Shown here piece by piece: positions 50,560-64,000 of a stretch of 64,000 bases of DNA (within the stretch, counting starts at the first letter, position 1; each line of letters opens with the position of its first letter). A model generated the notes under the pieces. It saw only the letters and a program-made list of their open reading frames with translations, made no database searches and was not told where the DNA came from. The stretch covers positions 201,316,001 through 201,380,000 of the forward strand of contig NC_058368.1 of NCBI RefSeq assembly GCF_018350175.1. Direction: 5' to 3'. The translations under genes were made by a program, and so were the position numbers. Origin of the DNA: Felis catus (Eukaryota).

Positions 50560-51130
50560 AGAGAATCAGGTGATCATTAGCACATAGGAATGTTATAGGC
50601 ATTAGAGGCTTAAAGGGAGTTCAGGAAAGATTATGAGTACATCATAGAACTCTTCATAAAACAGGTAATCTTTGAGTTAAATATTAAAGATATATATTTT
50701 ATTATTAACAGTATGATTTTTATTGTCATTTTATTAGTTGTCTATAGGGTAAAAGCCGTCACTGAAAGGGTGACTGTGAACAAGCACATGGGAATGAGTA
50801 ATATAATTATAAGGAGTATTCAAGATATAGATTGAGTAGACCAGTTGAAGTATAGAGGCTTGTTTTAAAAGAGTTTTCAGAAATATTTGGTATACTGGAA
50901 TCAAATTAATAGATAAAGTAATTGAATATTTTTCAGTCAGAGTGTGACAAGAACATTGGCGATATTGCGGGAGTTTACTCTAACAGCACTGTGCAAGATG
51001 GATTGGGATGACAAAGGCCAGGACCATTGCAGTATTCTGTGGGTGAAGTAATGTGGGTCTGAACTGGTCTAGTTGCAATAAGAGGTTGAATGGGAAGAAG
51101 GTATCAAGTAAGAAATAGGTTATAAAAGAA
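50560..51130 (-). mobile_element. L2 fragment, degraded
   Basis: gatggattggga...ggccaggaccattgcagtattc...gggtctgaact antisense L2-like motifs. Confidence 0.5.
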
Positions 51131-52033
51131 TGACTAAAATTCAGGCAGATGCAGACAGTTTTAATCTTAACCCTGTTAATATGTTAGCTAAGCCATGTAG
51201 ACTTTTCATTGCTGTGTTAATTTATTTCCACTACAGATGATTTTACTCTTCCTTAAATGACATTTCAGAAATTTAGTATTTCTGGAACCATTTCCAAATT
51301 CCATAAGATATTAGAAAAAAAAAATCAACAATTACCTAACTTGTATTGCCTGCAATCTTTGGCTTCTTTTCAAGAAGAGTATAAGCCAATCACTTTGGCC
51401 ACACAAATACTGATGCTCAATTGGATGTATAAAAGCTGCAGTTACTCTAGAACTTGCAAAGACAAAAATCCCATCATTAACCTCAATGGAGTGATAATAA
51501 CCTCACCTTCCCTTTAACCTTATTTTGTACATATACTTATTTCAATAGGCTTTCCTTTTAAGAACATAAAATAATAATAATAAATATTATTTTGAGTTTT
51601 TTTAGTTCCCCAATTACACTGAAAAGGATACAATGAATGCAACAGTTATTTATAAATTTTTGTAAAATAATAAAATAATTTAATCATAGACTAGGTAAGC
51701 TAACATCTAATAAAACCACATTAAGTTTATTTATTTATTTAAAATTTTAATCAAGGATACTTCTCCAAAGTCTGTGAAGAGCTAGAAATTAGGCAAAAAA
51801 CACAAAACCTCTATTTAACGCTTCTTATAAACCTAATATTGGAACCACACTGTTGAAACTAAACAGGAAATTTAAAACTAATGAACATATATATTAGACT
51901 TCTGAGGATCAGATCTTATGCCCACACATGCCCTCATATTCCTAAGAAACTTTTATTTTATACTTGACAATTACTATTTGCCTCCAGAGAAAAATAGTTC
52001 GTTGGAATTGGGCTAAGATAATCTCCCATTTCT

Positions 52034-52255
52034 GGGGTGCCTGGGTGGCTCAGTCGGTTAAGCGGCGGACTTCGGCTCAGGTCATGATCTCACGGTCCGT
52101 GAGTTCCAGCCCCGCATCCGGCTCTGTGCTGACAGCTCAGAGCCTGGAGCCTGTTTCGGATTCTGTGTCTCCCTCTCTCTGACCCTCCCCCGTTCATGCT
52201 CTGTCTCTCTCTGTCTCAAAAATAAATAAACGTTAAAAAAAAAAATTAAAAAAAA
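52034..52255 (+). mobile_element. CanSINE (SINEC_Fc), fairly young
   Basis: Perfect 18-bp TSD aagataatctcccatttc at 52015-52032 and 52256-52273. Confidence 0.96.
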
Positions 52256-52900
52256 AAGATAATCTCCCATTTCAAATTTCAAATTTCCCATTATTTGTCA
52301 TTACTAAACCTTCTTGGAGAGTTCTGGCAATGCTTACTGAAAGAACACAACAAAATACCAGTACTGTGTTTAGTGCTTCCTGTATCCTGGCAAGTGCTTC
52401 CTCTTTCTTAAAACGGATTTGGAAGACTTCCCAGATTGTGCTTTTGCACTTTAAAGCAGAAGGCTGTATCAGAGTGTTGGATGGGATGACATAGTGTACT
52501 CACAGCAAGCTGAATACGTGTTCCTCTGCCTTACCCCGCCCCCTCCTCAGTGCTTATAAAATCATTTTGTAAGCTGATTACCAGTGAGTATATCGTTTTT
52601 AAGACAAATCTGGAATCTCACAAAGTTGTTGATCCACTAATGTAAGGTTCAATAGAGGACCAGTGAGAAGACCTATTTGTTTTAAAAATGAATAACTTTC
52701 CTTATCTTTTTTCTGGGAAACATTTGTAGATAATGTCCCTAGAAATGTAGTTTCCCTATGACAATGTATCTACCAAATGGAAAAGCCCTTTGATGGCATT
52801 ATATGTTCAGATGGCTAAGACATTTTTCCAATAACAAGTTACTGGATTATTTAAAGGAATTGCTTTAAATTTGTGTTGACTCTTTAAAATATCTATTTCT

Positions 52901-53015
52901 GGGGTGCCTGGCTGACTCAGTCTGTGGAGCATGTGACTCTTGATCTCAAGGTTGTGGGTTTGAGCCCCACGTTGGGTGTAAAGATTACTTAAAATTAAAA
53001 AAAAAGAATAAAAAT
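52901..53015 (+). mobile_element. Short old tRNA-derived CanSINE
   Basis: ggggtgcctggctgactcag...tcttgatctcaaggttgtgggtttgagccccacgttgggtgta; TSD aaaat(a/g)tctatttc. Confidence 0.9.
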
Positions 53016-55244
53016 AAAATGTCTATTTCAAATTTGTTTAATTCTAAGTTGTTTTGTACCTCTTTTTGTCCCAACAGGAACAATAATTCACCATTTTCTT
53101 GTATCACCAAAAGAACACTATTATAGAGGAAATTTAAAGGACTGTAGATACATTGTTAGGTATGCCTGTTTATTGCACAGTGAATGAACAATGACTCTGC
53201 ATCAGTTACTATATATTCTAGGAGGATTAAAGTTTTGAGTGAAGCATGGTAATGAAGGATATAACCAAGTACTATAATTTGGAAAAAAAAAAGTTAGGGT
53301 TTACTCAATAGAACACCTGCCCATATTACTGTAGTGTGCCCTAGGTGAAAGATACATAATGTAATCCATGTTAAAGGAGTCTAGGAGGACTTAATGGTAT
53401 TCAAACGTCCCAAGGGCAGTAAAGGTAAAGCTTTGGTCCCAAAGAGAGTGGACAAGTTCTGAGACATTAGGTAGTAAGTCAATGAAGATTATTGACTGGA
53501 TCACCTGAGTCCAAATACTACCCTGCGCCATAACTGAGAGGCCATTTAGACATGCTTAACCCTAGATATGATTGACAATACAGTGCATTTGGGGAAGCTG
53601 GAGAACCTAGACCCTGGGATTGCTGTAACATGACTAAAAGTTATGCCATAATCCATAGTTGTTGTGAGTTTGCTGATATACCTTGTGTACTTCAAACTCA
53701 CTGAGAAACTGAGGTTTCTTACAAGAAATAGCTATAAGAAATTAAGGAAAGCAATGAAAGGAGAAAAAAAAAGAAGGAACAACAAAACTAATGCCTATCA
53801 TGTGATTTAATGGCTACTATATTAGGGTAGGATCAAATAATAACTAGAAGGCATCTTTTCCTTCTTTTAGAAATATGTTGGGGAACCCAATATCTAAACA
53901 AAGTGATTCATCTAAAAGTGGCAAAATATTTTAAATGTTTACAATAAATTTTACACATTAAAGATGTATATTCAAAGGGAAAATTTTTAAGAATTGTGCT
54001 TACAAATTGTATGGGATTATTGTTCTTACCATTGCCACTTTCAACCTCAAAACTACATGGCTTTTGTAAAAGTTGTATGGACAGGTCATGCAGTGGACTT
54101 GAAAACACATCCTAGCTTCAACCTTCTACAAGTGTCTAATTTGGTGGGAGTTTTGAAAACTTTCTGGGGAAGGATTTTGAGATGGAACTGAAAGAATACG
54201 AGGAATAGTAGCTACACAGGATGGATGATCTATTCAAAAGGAATATTACTTGTAAAGTTAAAGATACCTTTGTAGTTCTTTTGTGAAAAAGAAGAAAATG
54301 ATATTTGCCATATAGCAAGAAGGGAGTCTTCAATTAACTTTTTCAGAACTTAATAATTTCCAGTGAATTTTAAAATCAACAATTATTTTTCAAATTGATT
54401 AACATGGCCAAAAGTACAAATTGAGTTCATGGTACATAGCTTGGTTATACTCTGTAGTCTCCAAGCTTAAATGCCACACCCTATTCTTAGAAGAATATGT
54501 TGATAGAGAATTTCATAAGAGCATCTTGATAGAATCAAGTCATTATTTTAAATTATGAAATGTATCCACACACACAAAAATTAACTTATTAGACTCAAAT
54601 GATAATGTCAAATTTCTAGACAGTACTGACAGTGATAAATAAGAATTAGAATTCTAAAAATCATCAACATTTTATTTTAAAGAATTGGCTTCAACAAGTG
54701 TTCTCTCATTGAATTACTTGCCTGAAATTAGATATCTGTATAATTTTACAGCTAGAATACCTAAAAATAGTCAACTAAACCCTTTTACTTTACAAGTAAG
54801 AGAAGGAAAACACAGAGAAGTAAGCTTCCAGAATTACTATATATAGAAACAATGGAATTCAGACTAGGATGTTGATCTCCTGATTCTTATCCTAGAACCC
54901 TCTCTTCTCCATCAACCACAGCATTTCTCCTCTTTTTACCAAAGAGCTCAATGTCCCAGAAATGGGTATAACTGTGATGCTTCATCCACTGCTAACATGG
55001 ATCAAAGGTCTTTTGCTTACTTGTCTTCTATTTTATTTTTCACTGATACTCATATCTTGGTCAATATTTCATCTTGTCTTTTACAAACATAGGTTACTAA
55101 TCAAAACAAGTTACTCTTAATGCCACTATCTGTAGAGTAGTTGGCTTGTGTAAATGTTTTATAACCCCTGGATTTTCAGGGTGAAGATAATTAAACTCTA
55201 AGATCCATATAAGAAAGGCAAAGCAAGAAAATATTCTCAATCAT

Positions 55245-55675
55245 TTTTAAACATTTCTGGTAAAATATACATAATACAAAACTTGCCATTTTAACCATTT
55301 TAAGTGTACAATTCAACAGCATTAATTACATTCAGAGCTCTATAAGCATTACCATTATTTCTAAAAATCTTTATCACCCCAAAATGAAAGTCTATACCTA
55401 TGAACCAATAAATTTCTATTTCTGTTTTTCTCTAGTCTCTAGTAACCTCTAATCTACTTGCTGTTTCTATGAATTTACCTATTCTAGATATTTCATATAA
55501 GTGGAATCATATAATATGTGTCCTTTTGTGTCTAGCTTATTTCACACAGCATAATGTTTTCAAGTTCATCCATGTTGTAGCATCCACGAGAACCTCATTA
55601 CTTTTTATGACTTAATAATGTTCCATTTGACCTATATACTGTGTTTTGTTTATTTAATCATCTGTTGATTGACTT
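55245..55675 (-). mobile_element. Old L1 (L1MB-like) 3'UTR
   Basis: ccattttaaccattttaagtgtacaattcaa...tatgaatttacctattctagatatttcatataagtggaatcatata...gttcatccatgttgtagcat. Confidence 0.85.
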
Positions 55676-57564
55676 GTGTTTTAAATCTGGAAATGCCATT
55701 CTTTAGTACTATGTTCTTCCAAAGTCAATACCAAAGTTCATGTCTATTTGGTATAGCTTTATATCTGAACTTTGGGGAGATATGTGCTAAAAACAAAGTT
55801 ATTATGTGGTTTACCACTATCAAATGATATTGAAAAATGTTCAATAATATGCAGTTGGAAGTAAGTTGACATTTTCTACCAAGTAAGTCACAAAATGGGG
55901 CTACTATTAATTTACTGATATCATCTAAATAGATTTTATTTTGAATGCTATAATTTATGCTATTTAAATGAATTTTTATGCCAGTTTAAAATTATAACCA
56001 TTTAAGACAGTATCTACTCTCTTTAAACATTCTAGGGTCACAAGCACCCGTGAATATGTCATAAAAGTTGGTAACACAAAAACACACAAACACACAATTT
56101 TGCAGATGATATTGTGTTTCATGGAACCCCAAACCTTTCCGAAATTTGAATTCCAAGGTAGAGAATTTTTATCGTGATAGGTATTTGACCACAGGTTCTG
56201 GGAGGTAGAGATAGGAGTTGCACATGACCTTTCAACTCATTCGTCTTTATGCACACCCCCACCTTTATAGCTCCAACAGAACACTCGTATTCATAAAATT
56301 CATAACTCATTATGTTGTGACTAATTATTCTATAACAGTAAGTTTTGCTTTTCCTCTTAAATTGCAAACATTTATGGTAAAAATTCAAGGTCTATATCTC
56401 CTCTGGAGTTTTCATGCTCCCTAGCACACATTATTTTCAATAACAATTATTATATATATTTTATTACGTTTGCTGGAAAGTTTAAAACAGGGATATAATA
56501 CCACTTCTGAGTTTTTATAAATGCCTTTGCTCTTTTAACAATGGTATTTTATCACCATACTTTCTGCATAAAAGGTAATTAATTAGTTGTTAGTTTCATT
56601 TGACTTTTTTTAAAGATTCTTTCTCCCCCAAATCATTTTCTTGTTGTTAATGGATGGCCTCCTATAATTGGAAAAGAAGTGAAGAGGTCACGGGTCATAT
56701 ATTGTATCTTTCAGAAGAAGTACACTTGAAGCATCAAGTATAACTTAGCTGATATTTTCCAATGTAAGTCCAGTAAATATTTCTAATATTGTTAAACATT
56801 TTAAAGTACTTCCAAAGAAAGCAAGAAAGTGGTTTCAATACTTTCAGAGAAAAGTTAATTCACAAAGGAAGCTTGTGTTTTATGAGGCTTTCCTGAATTA
56901 CAGAAATTAAAGATGGAAGGACCTATTAGGTCATTCAGTTCATTCCCTTAAGAGTGCAGAATTGCTCCCTGAAGAATATGCACTAGGGCTTTTCTGGAAA
57001 GGAAACATTAAAAGTCAACGGCAATTGAGATAGTAAATTTGTAATTTATGCACAATAAAGGTTTTTCTCCTCAGATATTAATACTACTGCATATTTTAAA
57101 ATCTGGCTAAAGCATTAATAAAGTGATTAGCAAAAGTCAAGGAGGCCATTTGTTAGTGTACTTCCTGATGAAATAAAAAGCTCTTTAGGCAATTAGTTTG
57201 GAAGGAAATGAAAATGAACCCCTAATTCCTCCTCCTTATGCCACCCATCTAAGGTTTTTCCTCTTTGTTCCCCAAAATACAATTTCAGTGTTCTGTAATT
57301 AAGGGGTAATGGTTCCTGCTTGGGAAGTATCATGGGCAGAAAATGTCTGTTAATTTCTCTTGTTGGAGCATAGTTTCTATGCAAGCCTTCTAGAAAGATA
57401 GTATTCAACAAACTGATTTGAAAAATTCATAAGGTCACCTTTGGAAGGACTGAAGTTGTTAACTTTCTTAGATCTCGAAAAAAGAGTTCTTAGCCTCAAA
57501 AATACTTTCCCACCAAACTATTATAACATCTGAAAATGTAACCATAGAATTTATTTCTTAGGTT

Positions 57565-57805
57565 AACTTTTTCAACATACTTTTATAGAACACTAGTTTT
57601 GAAATAATGTCCCCATGGGAAATGATGAATATTTTATTTGCTCTCTTAGAGATGTATACTTGTCCATCACTGACTTGGAGACTGAAGAGCCCACAATAAA
57701 GAAAATTGCTTAACTTTGAGAAGCCAAATATTTAACTCGGAAGGTTTATTTTTTAATTTCGTGAGCATTTATTAATGATCATGGCATACACTTTCAGAAA
57801 TGCTA
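57565..57805 (-). mobile_element. MER103C-like hAT element
   Basis: gaacactagtttt...aataaagaaaattgcttaactttg...catacactttcagaaatgct. Confidence 0.5.
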
Positions 57806-58659
57806 CCTAAGAATTACCAAGATTATTCTTTTAAATTATAAATACCTTAGATTGGATAACACCAGTGTTTATCTATCAGAGATTTAATCTGTAGTATGAA
57901 TCAGTACCTCTTTGAGATTGTTTTATAGGTGGTATTATAGAAGAAAGAACTGAAAGAATAACAAGGTAATAAAAAGACTAATTTTGTAGTATGAGTGTTG
58001 TCCTTAAATGTCTCATTCACTTGTTCAACTTCCACCTATCCTTAACCTTTTCCATGTGGTTAACATGGACCTTTCCTTGGAGAGCTATTGATTACCTTGG
58101 GCAATGCCACTGATAATTAATCTGTTGTTTGGGAGTCCACATTGACTCTAAGTTTCTAACTCTCTTAGGCTAAATGGTCTTGTGGGATTTCTCTTCACAT
58201 AGAAGGTTTCTTGTTTTTGTTTAAGTTTTGAACTATGACTAAAGGAGAATCAGTACAGTGAGGCAAATTCCCTGGCTAACCTTTGGTTTTCTGCTTTCAG
58301 TTTAGGCGTATCAGGAAACAGAAGAAATAGTTAAACTAGTTCTATTTCTTTGCCCAGATCCATAGTAGCCTCTGGTTTCTGCACAATATCTGAAAATTAA
58401 GAAGTGGGAATGGAAAAAGGGATGACTTTGGGATTCCTTTCCAATGTATCTATGACTAAAACATATACAAATTCTAGAATATGGGCATAAGAATACATAA
58501 ATTCTTAATACTCTCAACATAACTAGTTGTATGATATTATAAACACTACTTATTTTTTTGTGCATTAATGTCCTCAACTATTCAATGAGAAACTATAAAT
58601 TGATAAGAACAATTCCAGTTCCTAGAATTATTACATTACTCTGTGTGGTTTAGAAATTG

Positions 58660-61570
58660 AGTTTTACCTGTGTCTGACCAAGATGAAGAAACAGTGACTA
58701 GGTTTATCTTCTAGAATGAAACGATAACAAAAAGACAAAACTCATGAAATGCAGCAGTGGTTTTCAAGACACGAGACACTACACAACAACTTATAGAAAT
58801 CCTGAAGAAACAGAGAGTGTGGTGAACCTTATGATTGTCCAAGCTTTCTATCTTGAAAAGGTTCAAGGTGACAACACAGAAAAAGAAAAGCCACTCGGAG
58901 TCTCGGATCTCCCTGAATTGAGAAAACAGAGCAGAGCATCTGGGAAGACCAAGGGAGCAAGAGTTCACAGGTCAAGTACTGGAGAGGAGGACACTACACA
59001 GAGAAAGAAACTCAGAGGTTTACAGAAGTTACCTAAATATTTAGCATAGTACTGATCAGCACATGTACATAAAGAAACTACATGAGGCTAAGAAAAGAGC
59101 CACCTAAAATGATTCAAGGATAGAGTACTTGCAGCTCACACAGAGCCTGGAGAATGCCTGTTTCTACCGTACTGGAAAAGTTTATAATTCAAGGAGCACT
59201 GGGTAGAGTACTCGGTAAGATCTTGCTTAGAAATGAAGGATAATTACCCCTAAAATGAGCACTGAGCCACACCTACCTAAAAAAATTATAAAACAATACC
59301 CAAAATGATTGAACTATTTCAAGTAACCTAATGGCATCTCAAAACAAAGTTCAAGAACATTTACTGGAATGCAAGGCACCTGGGTGACTCAGTCAGTTGA
59401 GCATCCAACTCTTGATTTCTGCTCAGGTCATGATCTCATGGTTTGTGAGATCAAGCCCTGTGTAGGGCTCTGCACTGGCGGTGTGGAGCCTGCTTGGGGT
59501 TCTCTCTCTCCCTCTCTCCCTCTGTCCCTCACCTGGTTCTGTTCTCTCTCTCTCTGTCTCTGTCTCAAAAATAAATAGACCTTTTATAAAAAAGCATATT
59601 TACTGGAATGCAAAATATCTCTCACCTAACAATGTCTGATATCCATTAAAGATGTCCAAAAACACAAAGAAGCAGAAAGAAAGGACCCATAATAGGGAGA
59701 GTAATCAATCTATGGAAATTGACCCAGACCTGACAGGGATGCTGGCAGACAAGAACACTAAAATGGTTATTTTAACTGTATTGCATATGTTCAAAAAGTT
59801 AATTGGAGATTTTGGAAGACATAAAAAAAAGAACAAGTCAAATTTTTGAGATGAAAACTATAATGGGTGAAATGAAAAAAAAATAAACTGGGTGTTATTA
59901 AGTATTGCAGATTAAGCAGATTAAGTATCGCAGAAGAGGTTAGTGAACATGATGACAGAAACCATCTAAAATGAAACACAGAACAGAATAAATTTTAAAA
60001 ATTAGTACAGCCTCGGTGTCTTCATGGATAACCTCAAGCCACCTAATATGAATGTGCGTGTGCGTGGGGTCCCTGAAGAAGAAGGGCAGGGATACAGGAA
60101 TTTTTTTTAAATAATGGCCAGAATTATTCTAGATCTAATTAAAACAATATATCCATATACTTAAGATGCTCAGTGAACTCCAAGCACAAGAAGCATGAAG
60201 AAAACTACACCAAGACCCCTCATAATCAAAGTACTAATAAACAGTGATAGAAAGAATGTTTTAAAAGCAACCGGGGGGCGGAGGGGGGAAGACATATTAC
60301 ATACAGAGAAACAAAAAGGATGAGAGCAGGTTTCTCATTGGAAACAATAAACATGAGCAGATAGTAGAACAACATCTTTAAAGTACTGGAAAACAAAATT
60401 GTTAACCTAGAATTCTGTATTCAGCAAAAATACCTTTCAAATACTAAGGAAAAATAGACACATAAAAGTGAAAGAATTAATCGCTAGCATGATTATACTG
60501 CAAGGAATGTTCAAGGAAGCCCTTCAAACAGAAGAAAAATTATATGAGGTGGCATACAGATGAGTATTACTAGATGAAATCCTTTGTGGAGCTGTACAAA
60601 GAAATGAAGAATATTGGAAATGATTACCAAAGAAGGAGAATATATGACTATTTTCTTATTATTTAAATCACTGTAAAATAGAACTGTCCAATCAAAACAA
60701 TATATTTTAGAGTTTATAATACAGACAGAAATACAATGCATAACAGAGTATAAGGTCTAGGAAAGAAGAAATGATTGTATACTATACATGAAGTGGAATA
60801 ATATTCATTGAAGGTAGCCTGTGGTAAGTTAAATATGTACTAGGCAACCTCACAAAATTAAGTAACACAGAGTCATAATAAACCAACAAAGAGGATAAAA
60901 TGGCATCGTCAAAACACCCAACCTAAAAGAAGCCAGATAAAGAGAAAAGGAGAAATAAAGAAGAGAAGGGATATATCAAATTAATAGGAACATGATGTAT
61001 ATAAAGCTAACTATATCAATAAGCACATTAATTGACCTAACAGTATCAATAATCATATTAACTTTTAAGTGGGTTACATAATTGACGGTCAGATATTGTC
61101 CGATTAAATGCAAAAGTCAAGACCCAACTAACTGTATGCTGCTTATAGGAAATGCACTTAAAGTAAAAGGAAACAAATAGATTAAAAGATGAAAAAAAAT
61201 TAAACTTATGCTCACATTCATAAAATGAAAGTTAGAGTGGCTATATCAGTATACGACAAAGTAGATTTTAGATCAAAGAATATTTCCAGGATACAGATGA
61301 TCATTTTATAATGCAAAGGGCATCAATTCATAACAATCTTAAACAAGCATGTGCCTAAACAGATAAATAAATAGATAAATCCACAAGTATAGGTATTGGT
61401 TTCAATACTGCCCTCTCAATAATTTATAGGATGAGTAGACAAAAAGTCAACAAGTGTATGGTAAATTTGAACAACACTTCCCAACAACTTAATATTGGTA
61501 AAACACCCACCCAATAATGGTAAAATACACAGTTTTAAAGTACACACAGAAAATATATCAAGAAGTTGAA
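58660..61570 (+). mobile_element. Old L1 5' region, ORF1 remnant and start of ORF2 (L1M-type)
   Basis: gaccaagatg...; gtccctgaagaagaa...aaataatggccagaa...cagtgaactccaagcacaag...cataatcaaa...aacctagaattctgtattcagcaaaaatacctttcaaa are L1 ORF1-like; gagtggctatatc...gacaaagtagattt is ORF2 endonuclease-like. Confidence 0.8.
59374..59590 (+). mobile_element. CanSINE nested in L1
   Basis: TSD tttactggaatgcaa on both sides. Confidence 0.93.
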
Positions 61571-61602
61571 TTTTAAACAGTTCAGATTTAAATCCTATTT
61601 TT

Positions 61603-61822
61603 TTTTAAATTTTTTTTTCCAACGTTTATTTATTTTTGGGACAGAGAGAGACAGAGCATGAACGGGGTAGGGGCAGAGAGAGAGGGAGACACAGAATCGG
61701 AAACAGGCTCCAGGCTCCGAGCCATCAGCCCAGAGCCCGACGCGGGGCTCGAACTCACGGACCGCAAGATCGTGACCTGGCTGAAGTCGGACGCTCAACC
61801 GACTGCGCCACCCAGGCGCCCC
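61603..61822 (-). mobile_element. Young CanSINE (SINEC_Fc), one of tandem pair
   Basis: Perfect TSD ttaaatcctattttt at 61588-61602 and 61823-61837. Confidence 0.97.
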
Positions 61823-61837
61823 TTAAATCCTATTTTT

Positions 61838-62049
61838 TTAACGTTTATTTATGTTTTGACTCTCAGAGACAGAGAGAGAGAGCACGAGTAGGGAAAAGGC
61901 AGAAAGAGAGGGAGAGACAGAATCCGAAGCAGACTCCAGGCTCTGAACTCTCAGCACGGAGCCCGACACGGGGCTCAAACTCACGAACCGCGAGATCATG
62001 ACCTGAGCTGAAGTCGGACTCATAACCGACTGAGACACCCAGGTGCTCC
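61838..62049 (-). mobile_element. CanSINE (SINEC_Fc-like), second of tandem pair
   Basis: TSD taaatcctattttt / tagatactattttt (62050-62063). Confidence 0.94.
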
Positions 62050-64000
62050 TAGATACTATTTTTTAAGATTTTAATGTTTGCTTTTAAACTTTGGAGCATT
62101 TCTTTAAAAAATTAATTTACAAGCATGAATCTTTTCTTATTGTAGAAATGAACTCTTTTAAGCCTTATTTTCGTTGGGAATTTTCAATGTAACCTATAAA
62201 ATATAGAAATATACCTAATTATAGAGATATTTCGGCATTTTAAATATGTATCTGGCCTAAATGTTCATGCCATATTAAAACCAAAGTCAGAGCAACAATT
62301 AATATAAGATATTATCACTCTGTAAAACCATTCTTTCACATTACAGAATTCTTATTTTTACCAAATATTAAAGATATTAATAACTTGGGGATTAGAAGCA
62401 GCATCAAAAAGATGCTATTTCTGCAAATGTCTTCTGCAGTGTTTTAATCAGCCTTTTATGTTTTAATCAGTGTTTTATGCTTTTTAAAAAGCTGCTTAGA
62501 ACACCACTGTACATGCTTTTTCTAAATCTGACTGCTGTTTTCAAGAGGCCTACTCAGTAGTCCAAAATTTAATAGCATCTTCTTATCTACCACAAAGGTT
62601 AAACAGGGATAAAGTTGGCAATAGCTTGAAAGAAATAAGCAGTGCTGGGGAGTGAATACATTTAGGATTGGGTTGGCTTTAATGTCACAGATCAACTTAA
62701 AAGCAAACTTTGCAATGTTGTTCTGAGGCAGCCTCCTTCAATACATTCTCCCCGAGCTGTGCAGTTCATCCAGGAGCAGGGGAAATGGCCTCATTTTTTA
62801 TCCCTTTCTCTGCCACCCGTTCCACATAGAGAATCATTGTTGTGACGCACTGTGCGTACATAGAAAAGCACACGGTTCAAGGCACATAGAGAGATTGGTG
62901 CGATATGTCACAGAGCTGAGCTAACTTTAATATCACCTACCACACATCTTCTATACACTTGTGGTCACTTGTGATTTCAGGCCTCACAAAAGCATGATGA
63001 TGTAACTTACCCATCCCTACTCAAAAGGGAGCATGTTTAGACACATAGGAACTGAGCAATGTATGTCCGTTCAGAAACAAGGAAGTAGCAGAGGCTTTTT
63101 TCGATCCAGATCTCCAGTTAACAAATCTACTGTTCTTTTCGGTTTTAGACTTTCCTCCTCTTTGGGGGACTGCTATCTTATCTCCCACATTTAGTTCCAC
63201 TCTATACGTGCTTTGAATTGACCATTCCTGGGTTAAATTCTGCACCTGTTTCTCACTGGCTACTTGATCTTAGCCTCCTTTTCTTCATCCAAAAAGTAGG
63301 AATCATAAAAATGTGTAAATAAGTTAACACACCGAAAGTACCTATTGGAATACATGGACCACAGAAGATGCTCAACAAATATGAATTCTCATATCAGTGC
63401 ACAGACTTTTAAATCCTTGATTTTAGCATCTTTGTGTTAATAGATAAAACTTTAGAAAGTTAATGTTGCAGGAATATTCAAGCTATCTGGATATGGTAAT
63501 GGATATAACCATATCCAAGAAGGTATCAACCAGATAAAAGTAATTTGGAGCCATGCCTTCATAAAATATTTCTGAAATTAAATGCTATTTATTAGTGAAT
63601 CCACCTTAAGATTATCTTGTAATGTGAATTATTTGGGTTATGGTTGGGTTTTACCCCAATTACATTGATAATGTAAGAACCATTGTCTTAATTTTCTTAT
63701 CTGTGTGTAATTAGGGGAGGCTGGAAGACTGATCATTTTTAACCTTTCAAGCCTCATTTAGGGAATTTTTAAGATCATATGTTAGGTATAGAAATGCTTT
63801 CATTTCTTTTGCCCACTTTCCAAGGAGGTTTGTTAGCTGATGATCAAGAAAAGTATATGACATACATCATGAATATTTGAGACTCTAGTGCCTGGGTCTC
63901 TTTCCTATTTGTATTAGCAATTCTGGTTTCCTTCCCTTAATAAAGTTATCATCAATTTATTATAATAATTAATGAAGATGACCTAGGGAAAAAAATGTTT

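Noticed and set aside
52901..52975. tRNA-like sequence with A and B boxes (also 39677-39760)
   Set aside because: Head of a short CanSINE with A tail and TSD, not a tRNA gene
1..64000. CRISPR array, operon or prokaryotic defence system
   Set aside because: The sequence is mammalian; the recurring direct repeats are TSDs and microsatellites, not repeat-spacer arrays

Overview
Mammalian nuclear DNA from a felid, probably cat or a close relative. The assignment rests on numerous feliform CanSINEs (SINEC_Fc type) and a young felid-type L1. The window is AT-rich and repeat-dense, and looks like a gene desert or a large intron; I found no intact protein-coding gene, RNA gene or large CpG-island promoter. 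The only gene-derived sequence I recognise is a disabled processed pseudogene of ADI1 (acireductone dioxygenase 1) on the minus strand at about 13.7-14.8 kb. Everything else I can assign is transposable element: about 20 CanSINEs (many with clear target-site duplications, TSDs), young and old L1s (including a nested 6.7-kb stack), ERVL/MaLR solo LTRs, MIR, L2, hAT MITEs and microsatellites. The most interesting observations are: (1) the ADI1 retrocopy lacks two codons exactly at a recalled exon junction and carries an unexplained GC-rich 5' extension; (2) an unassigned ~110-bp imperfect palindrome with alternative hairpins at ~41.7 kb; (3) self-complementary microsatellites arising at the same position in two independent L1 copies; (4) two SINE dimers with triplicated target sites; (5) a candidate CCAAT/TATA core promoter. 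I do not see convincing evidence of a new multi-gene system. Repeat subfamily names come from recalled consensus sequences and need RepeatMasker/Dfam confirmation.
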